Of a DNA stretch of 64,000 bases, positions 12,523-24,932 are shown piece after piece. The DNA lies in NCBI GenBank assembly GCA_050575255.1, contig JBNZDD010013657.1:2626352-2690351 (forward strand), written 5' to 3'. This DNA is from Harriotta raleighana. Its lineage: Eukaryota. Under the pieces are notes generated by a model. It saw only the letters and a program-made list of their open reading frames with translations, did no database searches and was not told where the DNA came from. Position numbers and translations under genes: made by a program. The first letter of the stretch is position 1. Each line of letters starts with the position of its first letter.

Positions 12523-12662
12523 GAGTGCTGTTTGCTCAGCGACCAGCCATGCAAGTGATCGCAGGGCCAAGCAGCAGTAGCTCCGGCTCGCTGAGCACAT
12601 CAAGTCCTACCTCGGTCAAAGGTCACACCTCTGCGGAGCCTTCAACCAGCGGCTCCCCCTGA
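12523..12662 (+). CDS. ARID3B: ARID3B terminal coding exon, stop TGA at 12660-12662
   Basis: Acceptor ctctctcactag|. GVLFAQRPAMQVIAGPSSSSSGSLSTSSPTSVKGHTSAEPSTSGSP*, matching the recalled ARID3B C-terminus (GVLFAQKP...SAEPSTSWSL) rather than ARID3A or ARID3C. Confidence 0.93.
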
Positions 12663-13333
12663 AGATGGGGCGTAAGCCACCGCATCACAGATGGACTCAT
12701 CCTGATTGTATTTTTCTATAATTAAGGCAGGGAATTTTGAAAGAGAAAGAGAATCAAAGGATTGCACAGACCTTACCTCTCCAACTCAAGGAACCTATGT
12801 GACAATTTCTGTTTAAAATATGTGGTCATTTAAACACGTGAGTTAACTCTGGAGAAATCCGCAACTTGAGCTTAAGAGTGACTGTGGTTGGCTGGCATTC
12901 ACCTTTTCAGACATCAAAAGGGAAATCTCATCATTCCTAAACCAAGCCGCCCTCTTAGCGCTAAGTTCAAGGTTGGGTTTCGGGCTTTCAGGCTTAATAG
13001 ATTCTGACTCATAACTCGCACACTGTTATCTACCATTTTATTTTGGTCTCGTAAAAATTCAGGGATGTTTTGAAAGACAATAAGGACCATGCCCAACAGT
13101 CCCCTAATGTTGGCAGCCTTTTGTTATGTTTGGTTGTGCCTGTTAACCCTTTCGCTCATCTTTTAACCTCTCCAGTTAGATCAGAGTGGGGTGGTGGGGG
13201 CGGTGGGGTTTAAATTCTGGGAAGAAGGTAGGGTTTTTTTTGTTTCAGTTTTGTAAATGAGGGTTGCAGCTAGTCAAGTACAGAATAAAAACGACATCTA
13301 GGGGTATGTGTGGTGTGCGTGGACAAGCGTGCT

Positions 13334-13336
<3 letters not shown>

Positions 13337-13364
<28 letters not shown>
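13337..13364. repeat. (TG)n microsatellite in the ARID3B 3'UTR
   Basis: Direct reading. Confidence 0.95.
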
Positions 13365-13367
<3 letters not shown>

Positions 13368-15317
13368 TGCGTGTGTATAAATTTAAAGATTTCCCTGCTG
13401 TGAAAACTGAGCAAAGAAAAAAAAATCAGAATATTCAGGTTCCAGTTGGATTAATTTCTGACAGCCTGTTCCCTACGAAGGTAGTCTTTCCTGAATCCTA
13501 CAGCCTACGCTGAGAGAGCTCAGATTAGAAGAGATTAGAAACAAGAACTCAGAAGTTGAGACATTCCCTCCATGTCTTGAGTCCATGGGTCATTGAGAGC
13601 CAACCAGCCAACTATCTTCACATCTGGGAAGAGCTGGGATGGGTGCCACACTTTGTGTAGGGAGAAGCAGGTCGGATCTGAGTGTGGAGCTGGAAGATGG
13701 AGGGTCTGAAAAGCAATCAGAGCAGCTCTGTTGTTCGAACATGGAAAGCTAATTGTAACAGTGCAGTGGAGAAGTGGCTACAGAGATTATACTGGAGGGA
13801 GGAGAGCTTGAAGTGGATAACGAGAAAGTGAGAAATTTTGTGTGGATTTGGGGTGAGGAGAATTCTGCAAATAACGTTGTCCTTCTCTGCTCCCCTTCCT
13901 CCTCCAAACCGTGGAGTCAGGACGACTGAGGGGACATCTATGGAGCAACTTCCATCAGTTTGGTGATCTGTGATCAGGAGCCTTTTGAATTTCAACCCCA
14001 GTTTCTGGGTTACATCCCTTCCTGGTTGAGCAGGAAGGTTGACTTGCGAGGGTGTCCGAGAAAAGCTAGTAATTCAGGAGACTGGAATTAGTGTGTGGAT
14101 CTAATAGTCTGTAGGGTAGTCTTATCAAAACGCTGCATGCACGTTCCTTACCCCTATTGGTTTTATTTTGCACTGACCTGCAATGACACATACTCTAAAA
14201 GCCAACAAAGGGAAACTTGTCTTATTAAGGGATTGTTGCTGGTCCTGAAACAGGACCTTAACAGATCCTGAATGGAACAGTGTAAAGTGCGGTCACGTCG
14301 CAAGCGGAAATCCAACATTCACTATTCTTGGGATGTGCTTGTTGGCAGTGTCCTCTCCTGTTGTGAGACGTGGATCCACCATAAGCTGTGCATATGGATC
14401 CCTCTCTTGTTATGGTTCTCAGGGTATGTGGTATTTATGCGGGTAACAAACATTAATCCAGGCATCTTGTTTTCTCTCGCTCATTAATTTTCTTCCCTCC
14501 TTCCGTCACCTCTTCCCAAGGAGTTTGGACTAGTTTCTGCCTTTTGCCTGTTTACTAGGCCCCCAAGTGACGTGTATTTGTTCAGATCACTTGACGATGA
14601 TTATTGACTACATGATTTGGTTCCTATCCTGTCCTAACTCGATGTGCTCATACCTATTGCCTCCAGTGGGGTGAACAAGGTGGGGTATCATTGGATGGTG
14701 ATCAGGAATGGTACCCCTGGACAATTCCTCTCCCCCGCCCCCGACACAGAGGTATCGATGATTGCCAGGTACTGTTTGGCATGTGTAATTAAATCCACAA
14801 CTTCAATGCACTCTCAGTACTGTAGCTACTTGAGATTTAATAGTAAGAGTAACACAATAGTTTGTCCACATCTACCACCCTCTCCAGGCTCCAAACACCT
14901 CACAAAGGTCTGAAGTGACATGAAGCAGGAGTGGGGTTTGGTGTGAGCAGGCAGAGAGGGGGGAGAGCAACTAGAAATTTGAAAAAGATGGAAGTTTGGT
15001 TTAATGAGCACTTTTTTCTGTGAGTTCCATTCTTCGAATTGCACTTGTATCTCAGTGGTGACCGTTTCTCTCCAATCCAACCAACCTCTGCAGTGTTTCT
15101 TAACGTCACAACCTCTAGGCTTCCTGCAATGCAGCCTCAGTAGAAGCAGGAGCTGGGTGACGTGACTGCAGAGCCGCACTTACGCCACGTTGATACCCGC
15201 AGTGACACATGGCAACACTTTCCCTCGACTGAGAGGGGGCCCGGAGATAATGAACTTGAGGGCAAACAACACATTACAGACATAGGGTGGATTTGAAAGT
15301 GTTAGTGGGTGGGAGGA

Positions 15318-17606
15318 AGGAAGGCATGTAAATGAGCGGGATATCTGTTTGTGAGTGGGAGGTGAGTTGTGTAGAGTTTTCCAGACAAAGACACACAGTT
15401 GTCTCGGTTGTCACACAGTTGTCCTTGCAATGAGCTGAGGGAAGCAAGTGTCAATTTCACGTCTACATTTGTCTTGTCACAGGTTGCTTTGCTGTTCAAT
15501 GTACAAAACCATCCTGGAAATGTAGCCACAATCAGTGTGCTCTTGCGATCATAAGAGCCATAGAAACCTCAGTGGAGACTGAGGCCATTCAGCCCATCAT
15601 GCTTGTGTTGTGATATCCAGGTTCAGTCAATGCATTCAATAGCATCTGCCCACTCAAAGCGCATCACCACAATAGTGGTCTTGCTAAGTATTTACACTTG
15701 ATGTGCCAATTGTCTCGTTGGGAACATAGGAATCTACAAGTTCACAAAGGACCATTGGGGCTCACATCTAGAAAGTCCCATTTGCTCATTCTCCCAGTTT
15801 ATACATTTTTTATGCAACAAAAAAGTTTTTTGCTTGAAAAGAATTTGCCTGGATTCTCTTAATCAACCTTATTTTAACCTTTGTCCTCCAGCTGTCTTAG
15901 CAGCAGAAGAGCACTACATACAGTTGGTCTGGTTCCAAACACCTACCAATCAGAACTGTGAGTTCTCATTTCAACCATTCGGAAAAATGTAAGCTGTTTA
16001 TATTCAGTCTTTCACAGTCCAACAGGATTTGTTTTAGAATTTTTTTGTTGTTGTATCTACACAGTATCAGTGCCATTGATTAACTTGAAAATCTGAGGTC
16101 TAAACCATTTGTATGTCTGACATCTGATGTATGTCCTCTCACATACATTGAAGGTGTTGACTACATACTTAAGAGACTTGTCCATGAGACTTAAGAGTCC
16201 CCCACCAGTCCTTCACCTAAGTGCTCATTCCTAAAGTTTGAGGTTGAGCAGAAAGTGTAAGAAAGTACATGTTTAGTCAATGTTTAGGATATCACATCAG
16301 AATTCCAAACCCTAACATTAAGTAACCCTGAACCTAACACTACAAACCCTGATCTGCTTAACCATCACCCATTGCATACCCCTATCTCCAAACCCTTCCT
16401 CTAACCCCGTCCAAAAATCTATCCCAACTTCAATCTTACTTTGATAGAGCAGAGCATGAATNAGGAAGGCATGTAAATGAGCGGGATATCTGTTTGTGAG
16501 TGGGAGGTGAGTTGTGTAGAGTTTTCCAGACAAAGACACACAGTTGTCTCGGTTGTCACACAGTTGTCCTTGCAATGAGCTGAGGGAAGCAAGTGTCAAT
16601 TTCACGTCTACATTTGTCTTGTCACAGGTTGCTTTGCTGTTCAATGTACAAAACCATCCTGGAAATGTAGCCACAATCAGTGTGCTCTTGCGATCATAAG
16701 AGCCATAGAAACCTCAGTGGAGACTGAGGCCATTCAGCCCATCATGCTTGTGTTGTGATATCCAGGTTCAGTCAATGCATTCAATAGCATCTGCCCACTC
16801 AAAGCGCATCACCACAATAGTGGTCTTGCTAAGTATTTACACTTGATGTGCCAATTGTCTCGTTGGGAACATAGGAATCTACAAGTTCACAAAGGACCAT
16901 TGGGGCTCACATCTAGAAAGTCCCATTTGCTCATTCTCCCAGTTTATACATTTTTTATGCAACAAAAAAGTTTTTTGCTTGAAAAGAATTTGCCTGGATT
17001 CTCTTAATCAACCTTATTTTAACCTTTGTCCTCCAGCTGTCTTAGCAGCAGAAGAGCACTACATACAGTTGGTCTGGTTCCAAACACCTACCAATCAGAA
17101 CTGTGAGTTCTCATTTCAACCATTCGGAAAAATGTAAGCTGTTTATATTCAGTCTTTCACAGTCCAACAGGATTTGTTTTAGAATTTTTTTGTTGTTGTA
17201 TCTACACAGTATCAGTGCCATTGATTAACTTGAAAATCTGAGGTCTAAACCATTTGTATGTCTGACATCTGATGTATGTCCTCTCACATACATTGAAGGT
17301 GTTGACTACATACTTAAGAGACTTGTCCATGAGACTTAAGAGTCCCCCACCAGTCCTTCACCTAAGTGCTCATTCCTAAAGTTTGAGGTTGAGCAGAAAG
17401 TGTAAGAAAGTACATGTTTAGTCAATGTTTAGGATATCACATCAGAATTCCAAACCCTAACATTAAGTAACCCTGAACCTAACACTACAAACCCTGATCT
17501 GCTTAACCATCACCCATTGCATACCCCTATCTCCAAACCCTTCCTCTAACCCCGTCCAAAAATCTATCCCAACTTCAATCTTACTTTGATAGAGCAGAGC
17601 ATGAAT
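15318..17606. repeat. 1144-bp tandem direct duplication (15318-16461 / 16463-17606) around a single N; probable assembly artefact
   Basis: The copies look identical by eye (duplicate ORFs at 15302/16318 and 16318/17463) and abut the N at 16462. Confidence 0.9.
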
Positions 17607-17864
17607 TTCAGTATGAATTTTAGCTAATTGTCTTTTCTTCCCCCGCATTCAAAAATCCAAATGAAGCTTTATTTTAATTAACACAAACCTGTACTATTAA
17701 ATATTGGGTTAATAATCTTCTCAGGAAACATTAGTCTGAGCAACTGCTCAAATTGAGCCTCAAATTTACCGAGATTGAGAATAACAGTGAAATGTCCTTA
17801 ATACTCTTCTCTCTTCCTATATGAAACTGCTGAAGACTAAAGGTTTCCAATAAAGGTTTCTAAA

Positions 17865-18086
17865 GGGCAGAAATTCCACTTGGGTCTAGATTTTCTCCAT
17901 TTATGTAGCATTTCAATGTCCTCAATTTGGTGAATCTTTCAATATTTCAGTCATAATTTTGAAGCCGTTTGTAAGTTTTTATGGAAAATCAGCTTTAAAG
18001 TAAAGCCGCAGTTCAGCAAATATCTGGACACTCTGAAATGCTAAGAAAATAGAGTAAATCCGAATCTGGCTAGAATTTCTCATCCC
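17865..18086. mobile_element. Degenerate palindromic MITE-like element
   Basis: Left arm GGGCAGAAATTC...GATTTTCTCCATTTATGTAGCATTTCAATGTCC matches the reverse complement of the right arm, GGGATGAGAAATTC...GATTTACTCTATTTTCTTAGCATTTCAGAGTGTCC. Confidence 0.6.
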
Positions 18087-19599
18087 AAAGGTGCGTTTTT
18101 CAATGTAGCTGAACTTTCTAGAATAAAGTAGCCCCGGAAAGAATGGATAACCCTGTTTGGTGATTTAAGGAGATCTTTTGTTTTTAATCAATAAATCTAG
18201 ATTGATTGGATTCAAAGACCAAAAAAGGATTCTCCTTTTACAAATCCCAATTTTCTTCCATCCATTTCCACGATTTGGAGTCGAATGAAAAATGTCTTTG
18301 AAGTGCGGCAGGTTCAAATATTGCCTTTTATTCGAGGGAGTTCCCATTTTAACCTTATTCATTCAAATAACCAGATGGAGAGGCCAAAACAAATGGACAC
18401 AGTCTATCCGTTGGATCACATGTTGAATTTGGCCTTGGACCCTTTTGGAACTGGCCTATGGATGATTTAGGGACTAGAGAAAGCCTGCTTTTCTTAAACA
18501 TTGTCCATAGAAGCTAATGTCTTACAATGTGGTCATTTTGTGCAGGTTTGCCTTCTTGTGACTCATTTTAATGACAGATTGCCTTGTTTCTGACATCAAC
18601 TCCAAATGGCCCCCAAAGGTCAAAGGTTTCATTAATCCTTCAAGGACTATAGTGGTATTTTGATAGCAAAATTGAGAAAGCATTCTCACTCTAAAAAAAA
18701 AGAAAATACGCTTTACTCTTTCCTCCCAATACCTCATTTGGTAAACCCACTGGCTAGTGTTGAATTAAACATTGTATTCCAGGTTTGATCCCAGGTGTTA
18801 TATACTACTGAGTTAAAGGCAGCAGTAGGTTGATCCTCAGTAGCCCTGGACAAGGGACACTGGAAATAAAGACTTCGGTTTAAGAGAGTGTAAGGCAATC
18901 TGAATTGAATTAATTAAAAATTAATTAAAAATTTCTTAGAGACCTTTGACTCCAATGGCAATTTTGACCATTTGATGTATCTAGAATGGAAGGACAGACC
19001 ACGCCGGTTCCATAGGGTAATTGTCACCACTGAGCACATCCTCTATTTTTGCTTTGAATGTTAACTTAAGAATGAAATTGCTTCAGTACTGTGCGGATAC
19101 AGTGCTTGATTGTTAAGGTTCATGTGTTGGATGGGAAGCAAAATACCTCAGACATTTTTTTCACGCTCTGCTCATCATGTATATATAATATATATACCTC
19201 AACTGGAATAGCATTGCTGTTGTACTTTTTAACGCTTGCGAGATTGTTACAACAGTTTTGCGGAGTTTCATTTTGTATTGTAATCACCAAAGAAAAAATG
19301 AAGAATGACAGAATTTTGCAGCTTATTTCATGTTCCAAAAGGAGAATGACTGTTTTAAAATCTCCAAACATTTTGAAATGTATTTCCCTTTCTCCTCCAA
19401 CCACTTCTCCCCCACCCCATCCCACCACCCTCCCCTTCCCACCCATCGTCATTTTGTATTGTGTTGGATTGAAAAATCAGAGAGATTCAGAGTCTCTGTC
19501 TGTGATAATCCATTGTAAACAGTCTGCAAATTATTTGTGTGTTGCACCCTCTTGTGTGAGTGGTGGTAAAAAGAACCTGCTGGTCACTATAGCTACCTG

Positions 19600-19870
19600 T
19601 CAGGGCTTCTTTTGGGCTCTGCCCCGGTGTTGGCTGATGATCTTTCAGCCACTTTCTCCCACTTTCTGGAACGCCCATAGGACAGCCCTCCATCTGGCTC
19701 CCTCCCTGCCTGCTTTCAAAATCAGTCTCAAGGACTTATCTCTTTGACTGCGCTCTGTAGGCATCTCCCACTCCTCTTCTCCTCCATTTCTCCTCCAATT
19801 TGGCCCGTCACTCATGCAGAATAGACATGGAGATGTTATCCCTACATGAAAGATGCTGAATAAGTATAAT
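19600..19870 (+). mobile_element. Old L2 LINE 3' fragment
   Basis: FQPLSPTFWNAHRTALHLAPSLPAFKISLK at the end of ORF 19091-19747. Confidence 0.7.
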
Positions 19871-22800
19871 TTTTTTCAGCCACCAAAGAGGTTTGCTCAA
19901 ATAGTGAATGAGGCTTTAATAGACAACACTGCAGATATTTTTAATTGTGTTTTATGGCAAGCTAAGGTAAAACATGTCCATTTGTAGACATCTATGCCAG
20001 TTCTGTCATGGATTCTACCTTACGGTTCATATTCTGACCAATGTTGTCTAGCTACGATTGTACCTTATGCAGGAAGGTTTCGAATGTATAGGATATAACT
20101 TGTATCCCATTTCTTCCCCCTCAATAGTCAGTGAAGCAGAAAGTGGAGTTGGTGAAAGAAAGTCAGTCAGAAATGTGACCTACGTCACTACTTCTTAATT
20201 ATTAACATTTATTAAATATTGGATGAGGGTTGGGCTGTGGTGGGTAACAATGTTATCTCTTTACCTGCGAGGCCTGGGGTTGATTCCAGTTCGGATTGAC
20301 GGGTTGAAAGTCCTGACTCCTTGTTGAGCTCACAGTGGGTGGATGTAGATTCCTCCCTCCAATTTGACAGTAGATTATCTGGCTCACTCACTGGGGTTAG
20401 CAGAATGGCTGATGAGACAAATGCAACTGGCAACCCAGTCAAGAGTCAGACTGCTCATCCTTCTGGTTAAAACCTTCAGGTGGGAACAGAGTGTCAGGGC
20501 AATTGGCTTCATCTCCATCTGCTCCCTCTCCCCACCCCCGATCTGCCCTACCTCCCACCACCTCCAGCACAAACTTGACCTCAAAATAGCTATTTAAAAG
20601 AAAAGCAAATTATAGTCATAAATTATAAGACACATTAATTTCTTAATAAGAGTATTTACAATTTGTGAATTCCATTAGATGTGTAATAAAATGATCCTTA
20701 AATGTTAGTGACTGGTGCGTAATAGATCCCCCAATCAATGTACCTCAGGATGTAATACCCCAAAGCGTAGACCCATAACACATTTCTTCCCCCACCCACC
20801 TACCCTCCCCCCACCCGCGCCCCCTCCACATTTAGAATCCACATTGTGTTCTTTCATCAATTACACCCTGTGGTTGCTGCTCTTGAGTTGATTTATTGGG
20901 TGGTGGTAGGAGGGAGTCAATTTTGAACAGTATAATAAGAACCTGTCTCCCAGCTTGGTTCGTCTCCCACCACCCCACACCCATCCCCAACTCTCCCACT
21001 ACCTCACACCCATCCCCAACTCTCCCACCCCCAATCCATCATCTGTGATTAACCTTCCCTTCCCAAGAGGCCAAATTGAAATGGCAATCAAGAATAGGAT
21101 TTCAGATTCCGTTGGATTTACTGATTTTTCCTATTAACCATGCTTATTTTATTCGAGGAATTTGGGAATGTGGGGAATGCAATTTTATTCAAATTTGACA
21201 TAATACGAGTACCTCCCCCCTAACCCCCCCCCAAAGAGACCACCAAGAAATCAAACACTTTTGCCTCTCAAATCAATTTTGCTTCTCAAATCAATTTTGC
21301 TTCTTAAAACTTCTTGGGAGGTCTATTGGGATATTAGTAAGGACTTGATAACAATCCTTGGTCTGCATATTTCCGAAATACCAACACAAATTAAGCTCCC
21401 TGCTCCGACTCACTTCATTTTGATTCCGGTGTCACCTCCAAGCCAAGCTATACAAAGCATTTGTGTTTTGTCCAGCGTGGAATGTGGTTGTGGGAGCTCG
21501 GGGCACTGTCCTCACCCACTAAATATCACACAATTTCCAGTTCAATCATAAAGTTTTTTTCCTGCAAGGTTTCCAGAGCTCAGGATTAAGTAGTCACCTC
21601 CATAACAATGACTCCCAGAGTACACAGTCGATGAATTCCATTGCATCCACGTGATATCCACGGGAATGTTTTATGATATCCAAAGGGGTGTATTGGAATT
21701 TGCAAAGCAGGTGATCCAGTGTAAATGTTCAACCCTAATCAGGCCAATCAATTTGATAAAGTAAGCCCAAACTCAATCAGTTAACTCCCTGAGTTCAGTA
21801 AAGAGGCATTCTTGTCAAGAGGGTGTTTCTATTTAAAAACGGTTGGATCAGCTATAATATCTTTTAGATAATTATTGATCGTTCGTTTCACGGCTCGTCA
21901 TGGGATATTGCTGTGCAAATTGGTTGCTGTGTTTGCCTGCAAAATACAGCGAATGGTGTGAGGTGCTTTGAGACTTCTCAATGGTGTAAAAAGGAACTGC
22001 ATCCAATCGCAAACATTATTAATTGCTGGGAAGGGGGAAGAGACATCATTTTAATTCCGAGTTATATTATTGACATTATTGGGGAGGTAGTGCTGCCAAT
22101 GTTTTGGATACCTTCCCTTTGTCCTTTGCTCAAGTGTAGAAATTAGGTTTTCAATTTCTGAGATATAGTGAATGATCTATGTGCATTCAGTGGTGAATCA
22201 ACCCTCCCTCACTCGCCCTCCCTTCCAAATTGGATCAGTTTTAACAAATATAATAATCCTTGCATTTGATATTGCGCCTTAATCACATCTTCTAGACTTC
22301 TCAAAGCATTTCAAAGAATATACTGTAAAATGAATTGACTATATATCTTGTGGGCAAAACGACTGAATAATTTTCCTTCTAATAAACCAAATTGCCCCCT
22401 CCCCCCACCCCAACAGGATTCTGCAATCCTTTCAAAGTCTTATCACCATAGCTATGAACTATGGCAGAGGAGACAGTGTTATAAATTGTGACGTTAACAT
22501 AAAGCACCATTATTCAGGGAGCACAACAGATATAAAGTAACCAACTTATGCCAGGTTGCTATTAAAGCCTGGATACAGTTCAAGGTTACCTTGTGGTACT
22601 CAGGGGTGAAAAAAAATTAAACGACAGTGAATTTTGCTCTTGTTTGATTCAAAGTTCAGTGTTACAATTTTATTATATTCATTTTTATGACATGTTTAAC
22701 TCTAGGAAATTAAATGAAAAGTTTTATAGCTACCTCTTGCAACAGTTTATCATAAAGTTCAGAGATTTAAATATTTTTTAATTTAAAAAAAACTGGGACT

Positions 22801-23194
22801 TGACGAAAGAAGAAAAATATAAAAGGCAGGAAAAAAAAATGAGCCAATATGTTTTTGCCACTGAATCAGGCACAGAAGCAATCAGAGTGCAGAAATGCAA
22901 CGTTTCATAATTATCGCATCAAATCTGTTATGAAAAGTTGCATTTTCCACTCCAGTATAAGTAAGGATCGGAGGATTCATTAACAACTTTTTAGAATGTA
23001 GATCAACCACACAATAACATACTGTCTTTTTTTTAATTATTTTTATTCTTCGTGTGGATCTACTCTTGTATCTATATTATGTATTAACTGGTGAATAGAA
23101 TAGAAAACATCAATACCTCAAATTATACTACTTATGATATTTCTGTATATTTTGGTCGTTTCTCTCTGATATTTGTGTGAATGTTTTTTATTCA

Positions 23195-23200
23195 AATAAA
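23195..23200 (+). terminator. Candidate distal polyadenylation signal of ARID3B
   Basis: AATAAA at the end of an AU-rich block, followed ~16-35 nt later by GU/U-rich tacgtgtgtttggttctc. A second AATAAA lies at 23244. Confidence 0.6.
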
Positions 23201-23544
23201 CTTTTACTGCTCCCTACGTGTGTTTGGTTCTCTCCTTTGGGAAAATAAAGTTTTTTTTACTACTGCATTGGAGTTGAGAGGCTGTGCGTTCAAAGTGCAA
23301 TTCTTCCCCTCCCCACCACCATTTCTCTCCCATATAATGTTTCTGCCTGAAACTGGAAAGTGCAGTGTTTTAATGGAGTTCCCCCAGACCGGGAATGCTT
23401 ACAGCACCTCCTCTGAGTTGCCACTTGGAGGCAGCATTAGCTGAAAAACGTTTCGAACTAAGTTTGGTAACAAAATTTTCGAAGCCTTCAGAGTAAGGCA
23501 GTCACGAGCAAACTACTCACTCCTGAATTTGCCACCCAACTCAA

Positions 23545-23880
23545 GACTCTCCTTTTCGACTATGTCTTCAGCCTCCCTCCTACCTCTCTGCCCTCACTCA
23601 TCCCAACCCTGCCCCCCACCCCCCCATACTCAAGTCCTGACCCCTGGCTCTTCAGCTTCTTGGATTGCCCTCCCGATGTGAAAGGCACTCTACAAATGTA
23701 ATTTTGTTATTGTTGTTGTTGCTGTCCCTGGTAAACATTTCCCCAAATAAAACTGGACATTCACTTGTGGCTGTTTGTGGGACAGCGCTGGCTCCTGCAT
23801 TCGCCCACAAAATACAGTCACTGCATTTTACAGTAAATCCTGTGAAGCGCTTTGAGATGTCCTCCAGATGTGAAATGTAA
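23545..23880 (+). mobile_element. L2 tail followed by a DeuSINE-like 3' half
   Basis: ctcaagactctccttttcgactatgtcttc...gatgtgaaaggcactctacaaatgtaattttgtt, then gctgtttgtgggac...tgtgaagcgctttgag. Confidence 0.7.
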
Positions 23881-24614
23881 TGATTGTTTATTGCAATGAG
23901 ATCCTAAGAAACCTAAGGCCATGAAGATTTATGAGTCTCTGATAGCTTGTTCACTTCACCCCACCCCACTGGCAGATGATGCTTATGATTACTGTATACT
24001 CAATTATTGCAGATAAAAGCATTCCTGCCATAAACTCCCCCGTGTTCGCTTAATAAAAGCTTAAAGTTCCGGGGTGCCAATAGAGGCTGCCGTCTTCAGT
24101 GCTTCACTGAGTTTCTATGAGACATTCTTCCTAATGGAATTTCTGCCCAGTTGAGAATTTGAAAAAATTCGAAGAAAGCTTCCAAGGCAATGCCAGGGTT
24201 TGACACCCACCATGTTGCTGTTCAATTTGTCATCAATTCTGCCTAGGTGGGGCAACAGATGGAAGGGGCTGCTTTATTCTAAGCTTTCGGGGTTCAAAGT
24301 GTAAACCAAAGAGCTTTAAACTGGCTCCCAGCCCTGACTGTAACCATAGTGACACCGTTCCTACAACTGCAGCTGAACTTTCTGTGGCTTGGCACTCGTG
24401 TTACACCCTCACACTGGCTGTAAGCAGGTTACCCTGTTACCAATGCAGCTGAACTGCCGTGTTCGCACCACCCCTCAACATCTGCGCCCGTGCAACAGGA
24501 CAAGGACACACACCAAGCACCCAATCAATTGTCCTCAATACATGAAGCCAATTACACTCTTATCAAAGTGCTCCCTCCTGTGGGTGATCACCACAGAAAG
24601 CACTCTGAGACAAG

Positions 24615-24932
24615 AATAATAATAACAATCCTTGCATTTGATATACAGTAGTGCCTTATTACGTTTTCTATACATCTCAATGTGCTTCACAGAATATATT
24701 CTAAAGTGAATTGACTGTATATTTGTGGGTGAAACGCGGCAGCCAATTGCGCACAGCCGTGTCCCACAATCAGTCATGGATTGAAATGACCAATTTTATC
24801 GTGTTTTTTCTTGAAGGATTATTATTAGGTGTGTGGAGTAAGGAAACTTGCCCAAGGTTTTGCTCTGCCTGGAATCGAACCCAGGTCTCTTGCTTGTAAG
24901 TTGAGTGCTCTAACCACTGAGCTACAGGACTC
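24615..24932 (-). mobile_element. Full-length SINE type A
   Basis: Family consensus on the minus strand. Confidence 0.9.

Larger units (their letters stand above)
12663..23220 (+). other. ARID3B: Inferred long 3'UTR of ARID3B (includes a 1.14 kb artefactual duplication)
   Basis: Follows the stop codon and is nearly free of the young SINEs that fill the flanks. Has AU-rich blocks at ~19.0-19.4 kb and ~22.5-23.2 kb and many let-7/miR-125 seed matches. The extent is inferred, not observed. Confidence 0.55.

Noticed and set aside
16308-16410. Degenerate AACCCT(A/G)A telomere-like tract
   Set aside because: Too irregular to call an interstitial telomeric repeat, and its second copy comes from the assembly duplication.
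15318-17606. Apparent recent 1.1-kb tandem duplication with duplicated ORFs
   Set aside because: Identical-looking copies meet at a single N, the same pattern as four other gaps, so this is most likely an assembly overlap.
19091-19747. 218-aa ORF
   Set aside because: Non-ATG start, runs through AU-rich UTR-like sequence and ends in a decayed L2 fragment, with no recognisable domain.
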